From a virus, in IMG/VR virus record IMGVR_UViG_3300017987_000013, positions 8,340 to 72,339 of that record: a stretch of DNA of 64,000 nucleotides; one strand, 5' to 3'. The position numbers and the translations under genes are program-made. This document shows, piece after piece, positions 39,991-49,044 of this stretch. Position 1 is the first letter of the stretch. Each line of letters starts with the position of its first letter. The notes beneath the pieces were generated by a model. It saw only the letters and a list, made by a program, of their open reading frames with translations. It did no database searches and was not told the DNA's origin.

Positions 39991-40920
39991 TTACTCGTCG
40001 TCGCGCTCCTCATCTGCGTAGTGGTTGCCAGCGCAGATGATTCCAGCGGTCTCCATGTTGTCAACTGTCAGGTCATACGTAGTAGCACCGACAGCCGTGT
40101 TGAAATAGTTACCGAAGACGATACCAGAACCCAGACCACCACCGGAGTTCAGGAACTTAGTTCCCGACTCGGTTGTGACGTTTCCGGGTCCGTAAGTAAG
40201 GCCCTGGTGGTTCACCGACGCCGTGTGTACAATCCCGTTGGTGCAGTAGTTGAAGGTGCAGTCCTTCACTTGGTTGTTTGTGGGGTTATTTGTCGCGGTG
40301 GTCCAAAACTGGATTCCACCAACGAACCGAACCCCGGCATCGAGGTTGCCCTCGAATGAACACCCTTCGATTAGGCAGTTGCTACTGGCCCTAAACCGCA
40401 AGCCGTAGTCGCAGCCGGTACCCCAATCGGTGAACCTGCAATTCTTGAGGTGAGCACCCCAAACACCACCACCCGTCCCATCACCCATCTGCACCTGATA
40501 ACTACCGGCAGCAGACCATCCGGTGTGGAACCCAAGGCCCTCGATGTAGCAAGCCTTTGAGATGATGGCAGCGGGCTCAGTCGTGGATGAAGAGTAGTCA
40601 ATGCAGAAATACTCTCCCATCGCCTTCGGAGCCAGCCCAAAACTCTGGGCAATAACGCTGATTCCCGCCTTGTCGAATGTGACGGTCGATGTCACAGGCA
40701 TGTAATCCCGTGCCACGTAAATCACGTCACCCCGATAATCAACACAAGCGTCAATTGCTTCCTGCAAAGTTGTGAAACAGACAGAATCGTCAACATCGTA
40801 CCACTCGCGATCCGTGTTCCTGGCATCGCTGTCCGTGTTGTAGTTGACGTAGAAAGTTTTCCCACCCGGTCCCCCGTGAGGAGGACGCATGCCGTAGCGT
40901 TGCATATAGTCGCCAGCCAT
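39991..40920 (-). CDS. right-handed beta-helix (pectin-lyase-like) virion protein, paralog B
   Basis: TLQEAIDAC..GDVIYV; periodic NCRF/GCSF/DCTF. Confidence 0.7.
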   Translation of the reverse strand: MAGDYMQRYGMRPPHGGPGGKTFYVNYNTDSDARNTDREWYDVDDSVCFTTLQEAIDACVDYRGDVIYVARDYMPVTSTVTFDKAGISVIAQSFGLAPKAMGEYFCIDYSSSTTEPAAIISKACYIEGLGFHTGWSAAGSYQVQMGDGTGGGVWGAHLKNCRFTDWGTGCDYGLRFRASSNCLIEGCSFEGNLDAGVRFVGGIQFWTTATNNPTNNQVKDCTFNYCTNGIVHTASVNHQGLTYGPGNVTTESGTKFLNSGGGLGSGIVFGNYFNTAVGATTYDLTVDNMETAGIICAGNHYADEERDDE

Positions 40921-40932
40921 TTTGGGCCTCCT

Positions 40933-41865
40933 TTAGAATGGACCTTGGTTTTCGGTGGCGTACTCATTCCCGACCAACTTCATCCCGAGAGCCTCAACAT
41001 CAGGCGTCGACAGATCAAACGTGCCATTGCCAGGAGAAGTGATGAATGAGTTGCGGTGAATGATCCCAGACGAACTCAGACTGTTGGTTTTCAGGAACTT
41101 GGACCCAGTCTCATTGGTCATGTTGCCAGGACCGTAGATCAGCCCCTGATGGTTCACTGACGATCTGTGATCGATAGCATAGTCGCAGTAATCGAACGTA
41201 CAGTCTTTGATCTGGTTGTTCGTTGGGTTGTTGGTTGAAGTCGTCCAGAAGTTGATCCCAGCCACGAACCGCTGTGCAGCGTCCCGATTGCCCTCAAAAG
41301 AGCAATTCTCGATCAAGTTGTTCGATCCAGCACGGAACCGAAGACCGTAGTCACATCCTGTGCCCCAGTCAGTGAATCGACAACTCTTGAGATGAGCACC
41401 CCAAACGCCACCACCAGTGCCGTCTCCCATCTGTACTTGGTAGCTATTGGCAGCCGACCATCCCGTATGGAACCCGAGCCCGTAGATGAAGCAGGCTTTC
41501 GAGATAATAGCGGCCGGTTCGGTTGTGGTGCTTGAAAAATCGTGACAGAAATACTCGCCATTCGCTTTCGGCGCTAGGCCGTAGTCCATCGCGATAACGC
41601 TGATCCCGTGCTTGTTGAACAGGAGTGAACTGGTAAGTGGCGTGTATGATCTACCAACGTAAATAACGTCGCCGCGATAATCGACACAATTGTCGATCGC
41701 GTCCTGCAAGTACTTCAGCGGACGGTCCTGCGTCCTACCGTCGCCAAAACCCTTGTCCCAATTGTAATCCACAAACCACTGGTATTCGGTGTTGGCTTGC
41801 AACACTCCGCCGCCCTTCACCGGCACACCAAAACTGGTCAGTGGATTGATTCGCCTTCTTGGCAT
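40933..41865 (-). CDS. right-handed beta-helix (pectin-lyase-like) virion protein, paralog A
   Basis: YLQDAIDNC..GDVIYV; periodic SCRF/NCSF/DCTF. Confidence 0.7.
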   Translation of the reverse strand: MPRRRINPLTSFGVPVKGGGVLQANTEYQWFVDYNWDKGFGDGRTQDRPLKYLQDAIDNCVDYRGDVIYVGRSYTPLTSSLLFNKHGISVIAMDYGLAPKANGEYFCHDFSSTTTEPAAIISKACFIYGLGFHTGWSAANSYQVQMGDGTGGGVWGAHLKSCRFTDWGTGCDYGLRFRAGSNNLIENCSFEGNRDAAQRFVAGINFWTTSTNNPTNNQIKDCTFDYCDYAIDHRSSVNHQGLIYGPGNMTNETGSKFLKTNSLSSSGIIHRNSFITSPGNGTFDLSTPDVEALGMKLVGNEYATENQGPF

Positions 41866-42014
41866 TTTTTACTTCTCCTTGCAGGCGAGTACCGGCCCGC
41901 CGCCGTAGTCTGGTTAGAAGTCCTTCTGGGCAGATTTAACAATCCCGGTAATTCATCCACCCTTTTCTTTTGTTGGCGGGCGGGGCCGTTACCAGCCCCA
42001 CCCTAGCAAACACC

Positions 42015-42047
42015 AAAAGGGAGACCAGGGCCCAAGCCCCGTCTCCC
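42015..42047 (-). terminator. intrinsic terminator after the capsid/HNH genes
   Basis: GGGAGACGGGGC-TTGG-GCCCTGGTCTCCC-TTTT. Confidence 0.6.
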
Positions 42048-42091
42048 GCAGAACCCGCCCTTCCGGGCAGGCACGAACACTACTCAAAATG

Positions 42092-42793
42092 CTAAGTGAC
42101 GTGTTTCCAGGTCTGCCGATCGACGATTCGACGAACCGTCGTGTGGCTGACACCGTACTTCTTTGCGATCTGTCGATTACTGACACCACCTGCCGCAGCT
42201 TCCGCCCTAATAGCCCTAACGTCAGACTCTGTGACGGTGGCGCTAGGATGATCTTCTCCAAAGGGTCGCCGTCCCGAAAAACCGACATCACCAACTGGCA
42301 AATGCGTCCAGACTTCGCCTTTGACAATCTGGCTAATGAGCCCCTGCGAAACACCATACTCCTTGGCCAACGCAGACTGCGAACCCCATTGCCCTTGATA
42401 CCGCTCACGGATCTCCACGACTTGAGCATCAGTGAGTTTAGCGCGGCCATGACCTGCGCCACGCTTATGCAGCCCAATCGCGTAAGCATGGGCGGTATTT
42501 TCGGCCTCCGTGACCCATTCCAAATTTTCTGGACGGTTGTCGGACTTGATTCCATTTTTGTGGTTGACGACCTGTCCCTTAATTGGCGGGCGCCCATGAA
42601 ACGCCTCGGCAACCAAGGCATGCACACGGACCCGGAAGACAACGTAGAGATAGTCATCCCCCCGAGTGTTTTGCTTGAGGACGTGCCCAGGCATACGGTC
42701 GTTAGACAGTTTGCGTCGCACACGCCCCAAGCTTGAAACCTCATGATCCGGCCACCTCGATACATCCCGCCATTCCTCTCTTCTTTCTTCCAT
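42092..42793 (-). CDS. NUMOD4-HNH homing endonuclease with C-terminal HTH repeats
   Basis: EEWRDV...EVSSLGRVR NUMOD4; VNHKNGIKSDNRPENLEW HNH; two AKLT/ATVT...LAKEYGVS units. Confidence 0.9.
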   Translation of the reverse strand: MEERREEWRDVSRWPDHEVSSLGRVRRKLSNDRMPGHVLKQNTRGDDYLYVVFRVRVHALVAEAFHGRPPIKGQVVNHKNGIKSDNRPENLEWVTEAENTAHAYAIGLHKRGAGHGRAKLTDAQVVEIRERYQGQWGSQSALAKEYGVSQGLISQIVKGEVWTHLPVGDVGFSGRRPFGEDHPSATVTESDVRAIRAEAAAGGVSNRQIAKKYGVSHTTVRRIVDRQTWKHVT

Positions 42794-42842
42794 CTGGCCC
42801 GCCTCTGCTAAGATGATGTAGACACAGTATGTGCTTCCACCA

Positions 42843-42871
42843 ATCTTAGTAGATGGCAGGCTGTTTGTCAA
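42843..42871 (-). promoter_or_regulatory. sigma70-like promoter for the HNH gene
   Basis: TTGACA-N17-TAAGAT starting right after the capsid stop. Confidence 0.6.
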
Positions 42872-44194
42872 CTAATAGTTGGGTACCGGATCCCAGCCGG
42901 AGTCCGTCACGTCCGTCGTGATTCCGGTCAGAGCGCCGTTCGCACCGCGGTTGTTGCACACGTAGTTCATGTACTCGAGTACGTACGCTTCCATGCCGTC
43001 GTAGTTCGCGATACGCGCCCACATCGAACCGTCCTGATCTTCGAAATCGGCGTCCTTGCCCAGCGGGATCCGTTTCAGCGAATCCATGTAGAAGGTCGCG
43101 AATACGTCATGGTAGAAGAAATTGTCTTTCCGGGCTTCCATATTCCCGATGGTCACGCCGGTCCAACCACCTTTCAGCTGTCCGCCGAGATTCGACTGCT
43201 GCTGGTACGCCATGAGCGTACGGGCGAGCTGTGCGATTACGGACCCGTGGCCCACGCACATATGAGTCTGCGGCGTCACGTCCATGTGGCTCTTCGAAGA
43301 GAGCTGGAGGTGATGCTCCTGCACTTCAAGGTGATCGAATGTGGTAGAAGCGACACGGTAAGGCTTCCAGTTCTCCCACGTCCCTTCGGCGATGCCGAAG
43401 ACGGTCGTGCTGTCACCAGCGGGATCGAGAATCGTCCCGACTCCGTTCGGAGTGAGGTTCCGCTCGGTAGCGAAGTAGTCCGTGCCGATGTTGTTGGTTG
43501 TCGCCATGTAGATCAGGTCGTCGGCAGCCAACGTGTCGCCAGGCTCCCAAGTGGACGCTGCATCCATGGTGACGGTGTTTGTCGAGTAATCGACGTCAGA
43601 AACCACACCTGCACCCTCAATCGCACTATCCCCAACATCGTACCACGCCAGAATGGCGCCCTTGGAGATGTGCATGCACGGGTTGGTATCTTCGTTCCCG
43701 TATCCGTCTTTCATGACAAACACGGTTGAGCTGGTGCGGCTCGAGACCTTACCCAACAGCCCTGAAGCGGCACCGATAACATGCCTGATGGTCATGTTCT
43801 TCCACGAAGACCACAACAGCCGGTACAAACGTACGTCCTGGTCCTCGTAGGATCCCGGCCCGGTTGCCCGTGCCGATACAAAGTTGTCCTTCGCGATCCG
43901 CGAGTAACGACGGATAGGCGTCACGTCGTACTCAACGGTGTCCATCCCCTGAAAGTCGGGAATCTGTCCTTCGGTTGACATGCCGGCTGTCTTGAACTGC
44001 AGATCGACAGCACCATGCATGGTATCACCTGAGAAGTGGTACTCCCCAGCCCCTAAGTCTTCGAACAGATCGGCTGTCGGCGAGCTCCGCGGCACTGCGT
44101 CCACGACCTCACCGAGAAATATGTCATGTACCTGTTCGGAAATATCAGCGAGCCCCTGCACCTGCGACTGCTGGCTCCCGTAATAGTCCGCCAT
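42872..44194 (-). CDS. major capsid protein
   Basis: 440 aa after portal and scaffold; GAGGAG RBS; C-terminal YVCNNRGANGALTGIT. Confidence 0.75.
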   Translation of the reverse strand: MADYYGSQQSQVQGLADISEQVHDIFLGEVVDAVPRSSPTADLFEDLGAGEYHFSGDTMHGAVDLQFKTAGMSTEGQIPDFQGMDTVEYDVTPIRRYSRIAKDNFVSARATGPGSYEDQDVRLYRLLWSSWKNMTIRHVIGAASGLLGKVSSRTSSTVFVMKDGYGNEDTNPCMHISKGAILAWYDVGDSAIEGAGVVSDVDYSTNTVTMDAASTWEPGDTLAADDLIYMATTNNIGTDYFATERNLTPNGVGTILDPAGDSTTVFGIAEGTWENWKPYRVASTTFDHLEVQEHHLQLSSKSHMDVTPQTHMCVGHGSVIAQLARTLMAYQQQSNLGGQLKGGWTGVTIGNMEARKDNFFYHDVFATFYMDSLKRIPLGKDADFEDQDGSMWARIANYDGMEAYVLEYMNYVCNNRGANGALTGITTDVTDSGWDPVPNY

Positions 44195-44238
44195 TTTATC
44201 GAACTCCTCGCCGTCCTACGGCGTTGCTAACGTTCCCC

Positions 44239-45618
44239 TTACCTGCGCATAGCCGCTCTTTGCCGCGCCTTTTCGCGGATACGGTTCTCGGCTGCGCGTT
44301 GTCTTTGCTGCGGAGTCTCTTCCGAAGGGGCAGGCCCGTCGTTTTGGGACGCCGGTTGGGCGGTTGTGTCGCGCGCTGCAGCGGTAAGGTTCCCGATCGG
44401 ACTGGGACGGGGAACGTCGCCTCGCCTATTCGCGAGATCAGCCAGCACCTCGTTGCGAATCTCCTCGCGAAGTTTCGCCATTCGTTTTTCTTCTGCGGCC
44501 TTTTCGGCGACAGCCTTCTCTTCCTGCGCTGTTTTCTGCGCTTTTGCTTCCTGCATTGCCTTTATTGCTGGCTCATGCTGGAACAACTGGGCGCGGAAAA
44601 ATCTATTGAACGCGTTGTGCACGCTCTGGGCATTCCCGGGTTTTACGTCGGGAATCTGATGTTTCGTCAGTTTGTAATCGAACAGGTCGATGGCCTCATT
44701 GAACCATTCCTGATATTGCGGGTGATTCAGCAACGAATCACCGAGGTATTTCTGGTTTGCAGCGGCTTGGTCAACAAACTGCTGGCGGACTTCAGCCGCT
44801 TCTGCGGCTTGCGACTCTTCGGTCTCTTTCGTGCGTTGATCGACACGAGCCTGGAATTCCTGTTGGGCGATGTCGTGATAGCCCTGAGACGCACCCCGCC
44901 AGTACGCTTCCGCCGTGCCCTCAGCGACCTCCTGGTTTTGCTCCATTTCCTTCAGTCGCGTGAATTCGGCACGAGCTGCCTGGCCCTGTTCGGACGATTC
45001 CCACTTCCGCCATGCAGTTTGATCGGCCGCAGTGCGGTCGTTTCTCTCGTGAAGTTCTTGGATTTGTTTTCTGTACTCAGCCAGTTGCGTCTGTGTGGCT
45101 TCGAGATCCGCTTGGTTCTGCTTCACGTTGCTGTTCATCAAAGCCCGCACCATCCGAGCACTCATTTCATCAGCCACGCGGATCTTCGACTGGTTCTGGT
45201 ACTGCGGCAGGTTCGGGTTGACATCAACCTCTACGTACTGCGACTCCCCAGATTCGCCCTCCGGCTTCTCCCCTTCCTCTTCACCACTCTCCGCTGGTGC
45301 CTCGGGCTCGCCTTCCGCGGGTTCCGCAGCCCCTTCCTCCTCACCTGCTTTACTTTCCTGTTCACCTACTTGCGACGCAGCAGCAGCTTGCTCGGCGGCC
45401 TCACGCCGCTTACGTGCCCGCTCCCGCACTGCGTTCTCGAAATCCTTCATGGTTGGCGGTTTCGCAGGCTTTTCAGCGGGCGTACCACCTTCTACGGGGG
45501 CCTCTGTTGGTGTGGCCTCCGGAGTCTGCGCTACTTCAGCAGCTGTATCTTCTGCAGCGGCTGCAGGGGTCTCGGCGACGGGCGTTTCGCTGGTCGCGGC
45601 TACTCCTTCTTCTGCCAT
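44239..45618 (-). CDS. capsid scaffolding protein
   Basis: E/A/Q-rich helical protein between portal and capsid. Confidence 0.7.
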   Translation of the reverse strand: MAEEGVAATSETPVAETPAAAAEDTAAEVAQTPEATPTEAPVEGGTPAEKPAKPPTMKDFENAVRERARKRREAAEQAAAASQVGEQESKAGEEEGAAEPAEGEPEAPAESGEEEGEKPEGESGESQYVEVDVNPNLPQYQNQSKIRVADEMSARMVRALMNSNVKQNQADLEATQTQLAEYRKQIQELHERNDRTAADQTAWRKWESSEQGQAARAEFTRLKEMEQNQEVAEGTAEAYWRGASQGYHDIAQQEFQARVDQRTKETEESQAAEAAEVRQQFVDQAAANQKYLGDSLLNHPQYQEWFNEAIDLFDYKLTKHQIPDVKPGNAQSVHNAFNRFFRAQLFQHEPAIKAMQEAKAQKTAQEEKAVAEKAAEEKRMAKLREEIRNEVLADLANRRGDVPRPSPIGNLTAAARDTTAQPASQNDGPAPSEETPQQRQRAAENRIREKARQRAAMRR

Positions 45619-45639
45619 CTTCTCTCCCTCGTGTCTGTC

Positions 45640-47847
45640 CTACCCAAGAACGGCACCACCGCCCGTTTGAGCCATTTCATTAGCTACAGCTCTTTCATCG
45701 GACTGTTTTGGTGCGGTCCCCGCCGGCTGGTCGTTTTGTGGCTGCGCACCCATCATTTGCGCCGCTATCTTGGCCTGCCAAGCGTAATATCCGTCTAACC
45801 GACGCAATGCAGCGTGCCGCGCAATAGGGTCGGCGGTTTCATCTTGTGTGATTTCGGTGAGTGAATTGATGTGTGCCTGCAGATCGTCGTTCCGCATGAT
45901 CGGGTAGGACAGTTCCACTTGTTTCCATACCGCGAGAGCATACTGTTTCACCCACGGATGGTTCATGCCCCACTCTTCGAACCCAGTGTTTTCGCGAATA
46001 TCGTCCGCAAGAACGTGGAACTTACTGGCGATTTCTTTGGCCCTGCGTAGCGCAACAACCTTCGGTTCGGCCCGGTGCACAAAAATGTCTTGGTTGGGAT
46101 ATGCGCGCCGCGCCTCTTCGGTGAGCAAAAACGGCATGCCATCACCGCCACGAACCTGCATCAATTCCAATAGTTCCTGAGCCCTGAGTTCCGGACTCGG
46201 ACCAAAGGAATTAACCATTCTATATGAGGGCGGCCGATCAGACAGCTTCGTACGATCGATGTACGGTTCTGCCATGTGCTGGTAATCGTCGCCGACTATG
46301 TCCACCATCATGCCGATGTCGCCGTACATCTTCATCTGTTTCCAGTTCTTCTGTGCGAAATTGCACATCGAACGGCGGAATCGCATGTTGACAGGCGCAT
46401 GTACACTATTGTCAGCCACCTGCAGAGCCATGATCGCCTTGGCGGCCTGTCTCGAGCCAGCTGACTCACCGCGAGATGCTGCCTGATACCCGCCACCACG
46501 CCAAATCGCCTGTCGTTTCTCGGCGATCGTTTTCTCAAGACCAGTCAGGACTTCGGCGGGCCACTGCGGCACGCGCGGCGTAAATCCACCCAGGCTCGGA
46601 TCGACCTCGATAATGTCGTAACCGTTTAGGTTCAGCATATCGCTAGGCAAGGCACCGCCCGGCGCGATCATCGGCGTATTCTTCATCTTCTGCAGATATT
46701 CCCAATACTCCGACAACGCGATGTTGAGATCGACCTGATTCGAGTCGAGATCCTCAATCCACGGCTTACCGAGAACATCGTCGCTACGCTGATGAGAATA
46801 GATATTCTCAAAAGAGAAATCCCCGCCCGGAAGCTCGTTGTCGTACAGCAGAACCGGATTGCGCATCCGCGACCGTTCGGTGGTCACTTCAGGTACCGCG
46901 ATGATCTGTAGCCTGCCGCGCGGCCAAGCCGTCTCGAATCCAGGCGCTACCTCACGGCAAACGATGGTCATCAGTTCTTCGGGTTGCCGACTACGGTGTG
47001 TATCACCAACGACCGCCGACCCGTGTCTACCGATGCCATCAAGATTCCATTTCGATGCTATCCGTTGCCACTGCGACGCACTCGGCACCCGATCAGTGCC
47101 CTGAAGCTCCATAACACCCGGCATATGGCCGAAAGTGTCACGAACCGCCTGCGCTGGCAGCACACGTCCATATGAACACCAATGGACTGACCCACGTTTC
47201 GAACCGTTGTTGAACACCGTGTCAAACGGGTTCCCAACCCATATTTCGACATGACCGGCTTTGCCGTCCAATAGATGTTCGATCTGGGCCATGGGGCCGT
47301 CTGTGGCAGCGTGATTGATGGGCTCGTGCTGGGTGTAGGAGTTTTCGCACCAATATGTATGGATTGGGCAAAAACCCGTCGACATCGACATATAGAGCGC
47401 GTCGGCGGCCTTACCGTTCAAGTCTTGAGTCCATGCTATGGAATTGATCCACAGCGAATCCATTAAAGCCTTCTCACGCGACCGTCTGTCTTGACGTGAG
47501 TCAGCGTGAAACTTGAAAGGTGTGGATGTATGGTGGGCTACAGCGTTGTCGACGATCAATCGAAGGAGGTTTTCTGATTTCTTGTACGGTGAGATGAAGT
47601 CCGGAATGACCAGCTTGGTGCTGTCGTACAGTTCGGCAAACTGTAAATCGCCTGATCCATCTACATGCAACAACAACTTTTCAGACAGAAGATCGCGCCG
47701 TCGCCTCGCCTCAAGGCCAGCGAGGTGCATCTCCATGATTTCTTTGGCTGTACTGTCGTTCGTAACTCGTTGAGCATCGGAAAGCTGGTTTTGCTCAAGA
47801 ACAGGAGCGACAACCACAGACTCTTCTATAGGCGCGATCGCGGTCAT
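45640..47847 (-). CDS. portal protein
   Basis: 735 aa, first head gene; GKPWIEDLDSNQVDLN, ASRGE...QAAKAIMALQ motifs like P22-type portals. Confidence 0.75.
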   Translation of the reverse strand: MTAIAPIEESVVVAPVLEQNQLSDAQRVTNDSTAKEIMEMHLAGLEARRRRDLLSEKLLLHVDGSGDLQFAELYDSTKLVIPDFISPYKKSENLLRLIVDNAVAHHTSTPFKFHADSRQDRRSREKALMDSLWINSIAWTQDLNGKAADALYMSMSTGFCPIHTYWCENSYTQHEPINHAATDGPMAQIEHLLDGKAGHVEIWVGNPFDTVFNNGSKRGSVHWCSYGRVLPAQAVRDTFGHMPGVMELQGTDRVPSASQWQRIASKWNLDGIGRHGSAVVGDTHRSRQPEELMTIVCREVAPGFETAWPRGRLQIIAVPEVTTERSRMRNPVLLYDNELPGGDFSFENIYSHQRSDDVLGKPWIEDLDSNQVDLNIALSEYWEYLQKMKNTPMIAPGGALPSDMLNLNGYDIIEVDPSLGGFTPRVPQWPAEVLTGLEKTIAEKRQAIWRGGGYQAASRGESAGSRQAAKAIMALQVADNSVHAPVNMRFRRSMCNFAQKNWKQMKMYGDIGMMVDIVGDDYQHMAEPYIDRTKLSDRPPSYRMVNSFGPSPELRAQELLELMQVRGGDGMPFLLTEEARRAYPNQDIFVHRAEPKVVALRRAKEIASKFHVLADDIRENTGFEEWGMNHPWVKQYALAVWKQVELSYPIMRNDDLQAHINSLTEITQDETADPIARHAALRRLDGYYAWQAKIAAQMMGAQPQNDQPAGTAPKQSDERAVANEMAQTGGGAVLG

Positions 47848-47951
47848 TTTGCCCCGTAAACGAGAAACCCCGGAAGCATAAATGCTCCCAGGGCTGTGAT
47901 TACCTGCTTTCCAGCAGGGTCATGCTATCCGGAACTTCTACTGGACTGCCG

Positions 47952-47987
47952 TATTGGCACATTACTGCCAATAAGACAGGGTGTCAA
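47952..47987 (-). promoter_or_regulatory. promoter of the head operon with overlapping inverted repeat
   Basis: TTGACA-N17-TAATGT; TATTGGCA-N6-TGCCAATA spans the -10. Confidence 0.55.
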
Positions 47988-48026
47988 GCGTAGGGTACTG
48001 GTACAGTTTGACTTCCATGGGAGTGG

Positions 48027-48470
48027 TTAGCGCCGCCGGGCTTCAATGGTCCGGATGATACGCCGTGCCGTACCTTCTATGTCGCGACCCGCATCAGACT
48101 CCCAGAAACGGAGGACGGTCCATCCCTTGCTTTCCAGCGCCTCCGTCGCCAAGGTGTCACGTTCGGTGTTTCGCTGAAACTTGCCGATCCAGTAGTCCTT
48201 GTTGGGTGTCTTCATGCGCTCGCGCACCACCCCAGGGCCACGTTCGCGCAGCAGCCGCCCGTGCCAGTAATCACCGTCCACGAATACGGCCACCTTCTCG
48301 GTCGGGAACACAAAGTCCGGCGTGCCGGGCAGATCTGCGGCGTACTTGCGGTAGCGGTAGCCGAGGCGGTGAACAAGCTTGCGGAGGGCAGTCTCTGTCT
48401 GGTTGCCCGTTGACCTGATGGCTGACATGTTGCGGGCAATCTCGTGCCGGGGCTTTGGCCGGTAGGTCAC
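48027..48470 (-). CDS. vsr: very short patch repair endonuclease
   Basis: NMSAIRSTG, LPGTPDFVF, FVDGDYWHG, VLRFWE motifs. Confidence 0.9.
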   Translation of the reverse strand: MTYRPKPRHEIARNMSAIRSTGNQTETALRKLVHRLGYRYRKYAADLPGTPDFVFPTEKVAVFVDGDYWHGRLLRERGPGVVRERMKTPNKDYWIGKFQRNTERDTLATEALESKGWTVLRFWESDAGRDIEGTARRIIRTIEARRR

Positions 48471-48471
48471 G

Positions 48472-49044
48472 CTACGAGCCAAACTTACCACGCAGCCACT
48501 TGAAGACGGCTTCTTGTTCTTCGATCCCGGCGCGTCTGACTTGCGACAGAAGCCAAATGGTGCTCGGCTTCTCGCTAGTGATGTTCTTCGCGCCCTGATT
48601 GCAGGTAGAGCACAGGGTGCGCAGGTTGGATAGTTCGTCCTTGCCGCCAAGGCTCTTGTCTTTGATGTGACCGATGTGGAGCCGCACCTTGCGTCCCGTG
48701 GCCGGGTCGACGTCGCCTGGGGTGAGCCCGCACATCTGGCATGTGAACCCATTGCGGTCGAGTACCTGCGCCCTGAGCTTCGCAGAGATGTTACGTGCGA
48801 CCTTGGGGATGTCGAACGTTGGTGGCGGTTCCCGGACCATGTACTGTCCAGGCTTAAGACTTGTGCTATCGTGATGCGAGAGGATCTTCCATCCCTCATC
48901 CTCCCGTAGCTCGCGTAGACGGCGGCTGTATTGCACCGCACCACCCGCGGCCTCTTGGATCTCATGGGACTCAATGACGCGCCCGACATTGGCACAGAGG
49001 AACCGGCGGATCTTCTCTTTACCACTTCTAGTCTTTGGGCTCAT
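48472..49044 (-). CDS. HNH endonuclease, putative restriction enzyme
   Basis: N-terminal wHTH-like (RRLRELR); CQMC...HIGHIKDKSLGG...NLRTLCSTCN; ATGA-coupled to the MTase. Confidence 0.8.
   Translation of the reverse strand: MSPKTRSGKEKIRRFLCANVGRVIESHEIQEAAGGAVQYSRRLRELREDEGWKILSHHDSTSLKPGQYMVREPPPTFDIPKVARNISAKLRAQVLDRNGFTCQMCGLTPGDVDPATGRKVRLHIGHIKDKSLGGKDELSNLRTLCSTCNQGAKNITSEKPSTIWLLSQVRRAGIEEQEAVFKWLRGKFGS

Noticed and set aside
39991-41865. Paralog pair as DGR template/variable repeats
   Set aside because: Differences are not adenine-specific, both ORFs are intact, and no reverse transcriptase was seen
42793-42874. Capsid-HNH fusion by amber readthrough
   Set aside because: In frame, but only ~26 open codons, which also contain a promoter; no amber suppressor tRNA seen
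44224-45798. 524-aa + strand ORF
   Set aside because: Antisense shadow of the E/A/Q-rich scaffold gene; L/F/R-rich with no motifs
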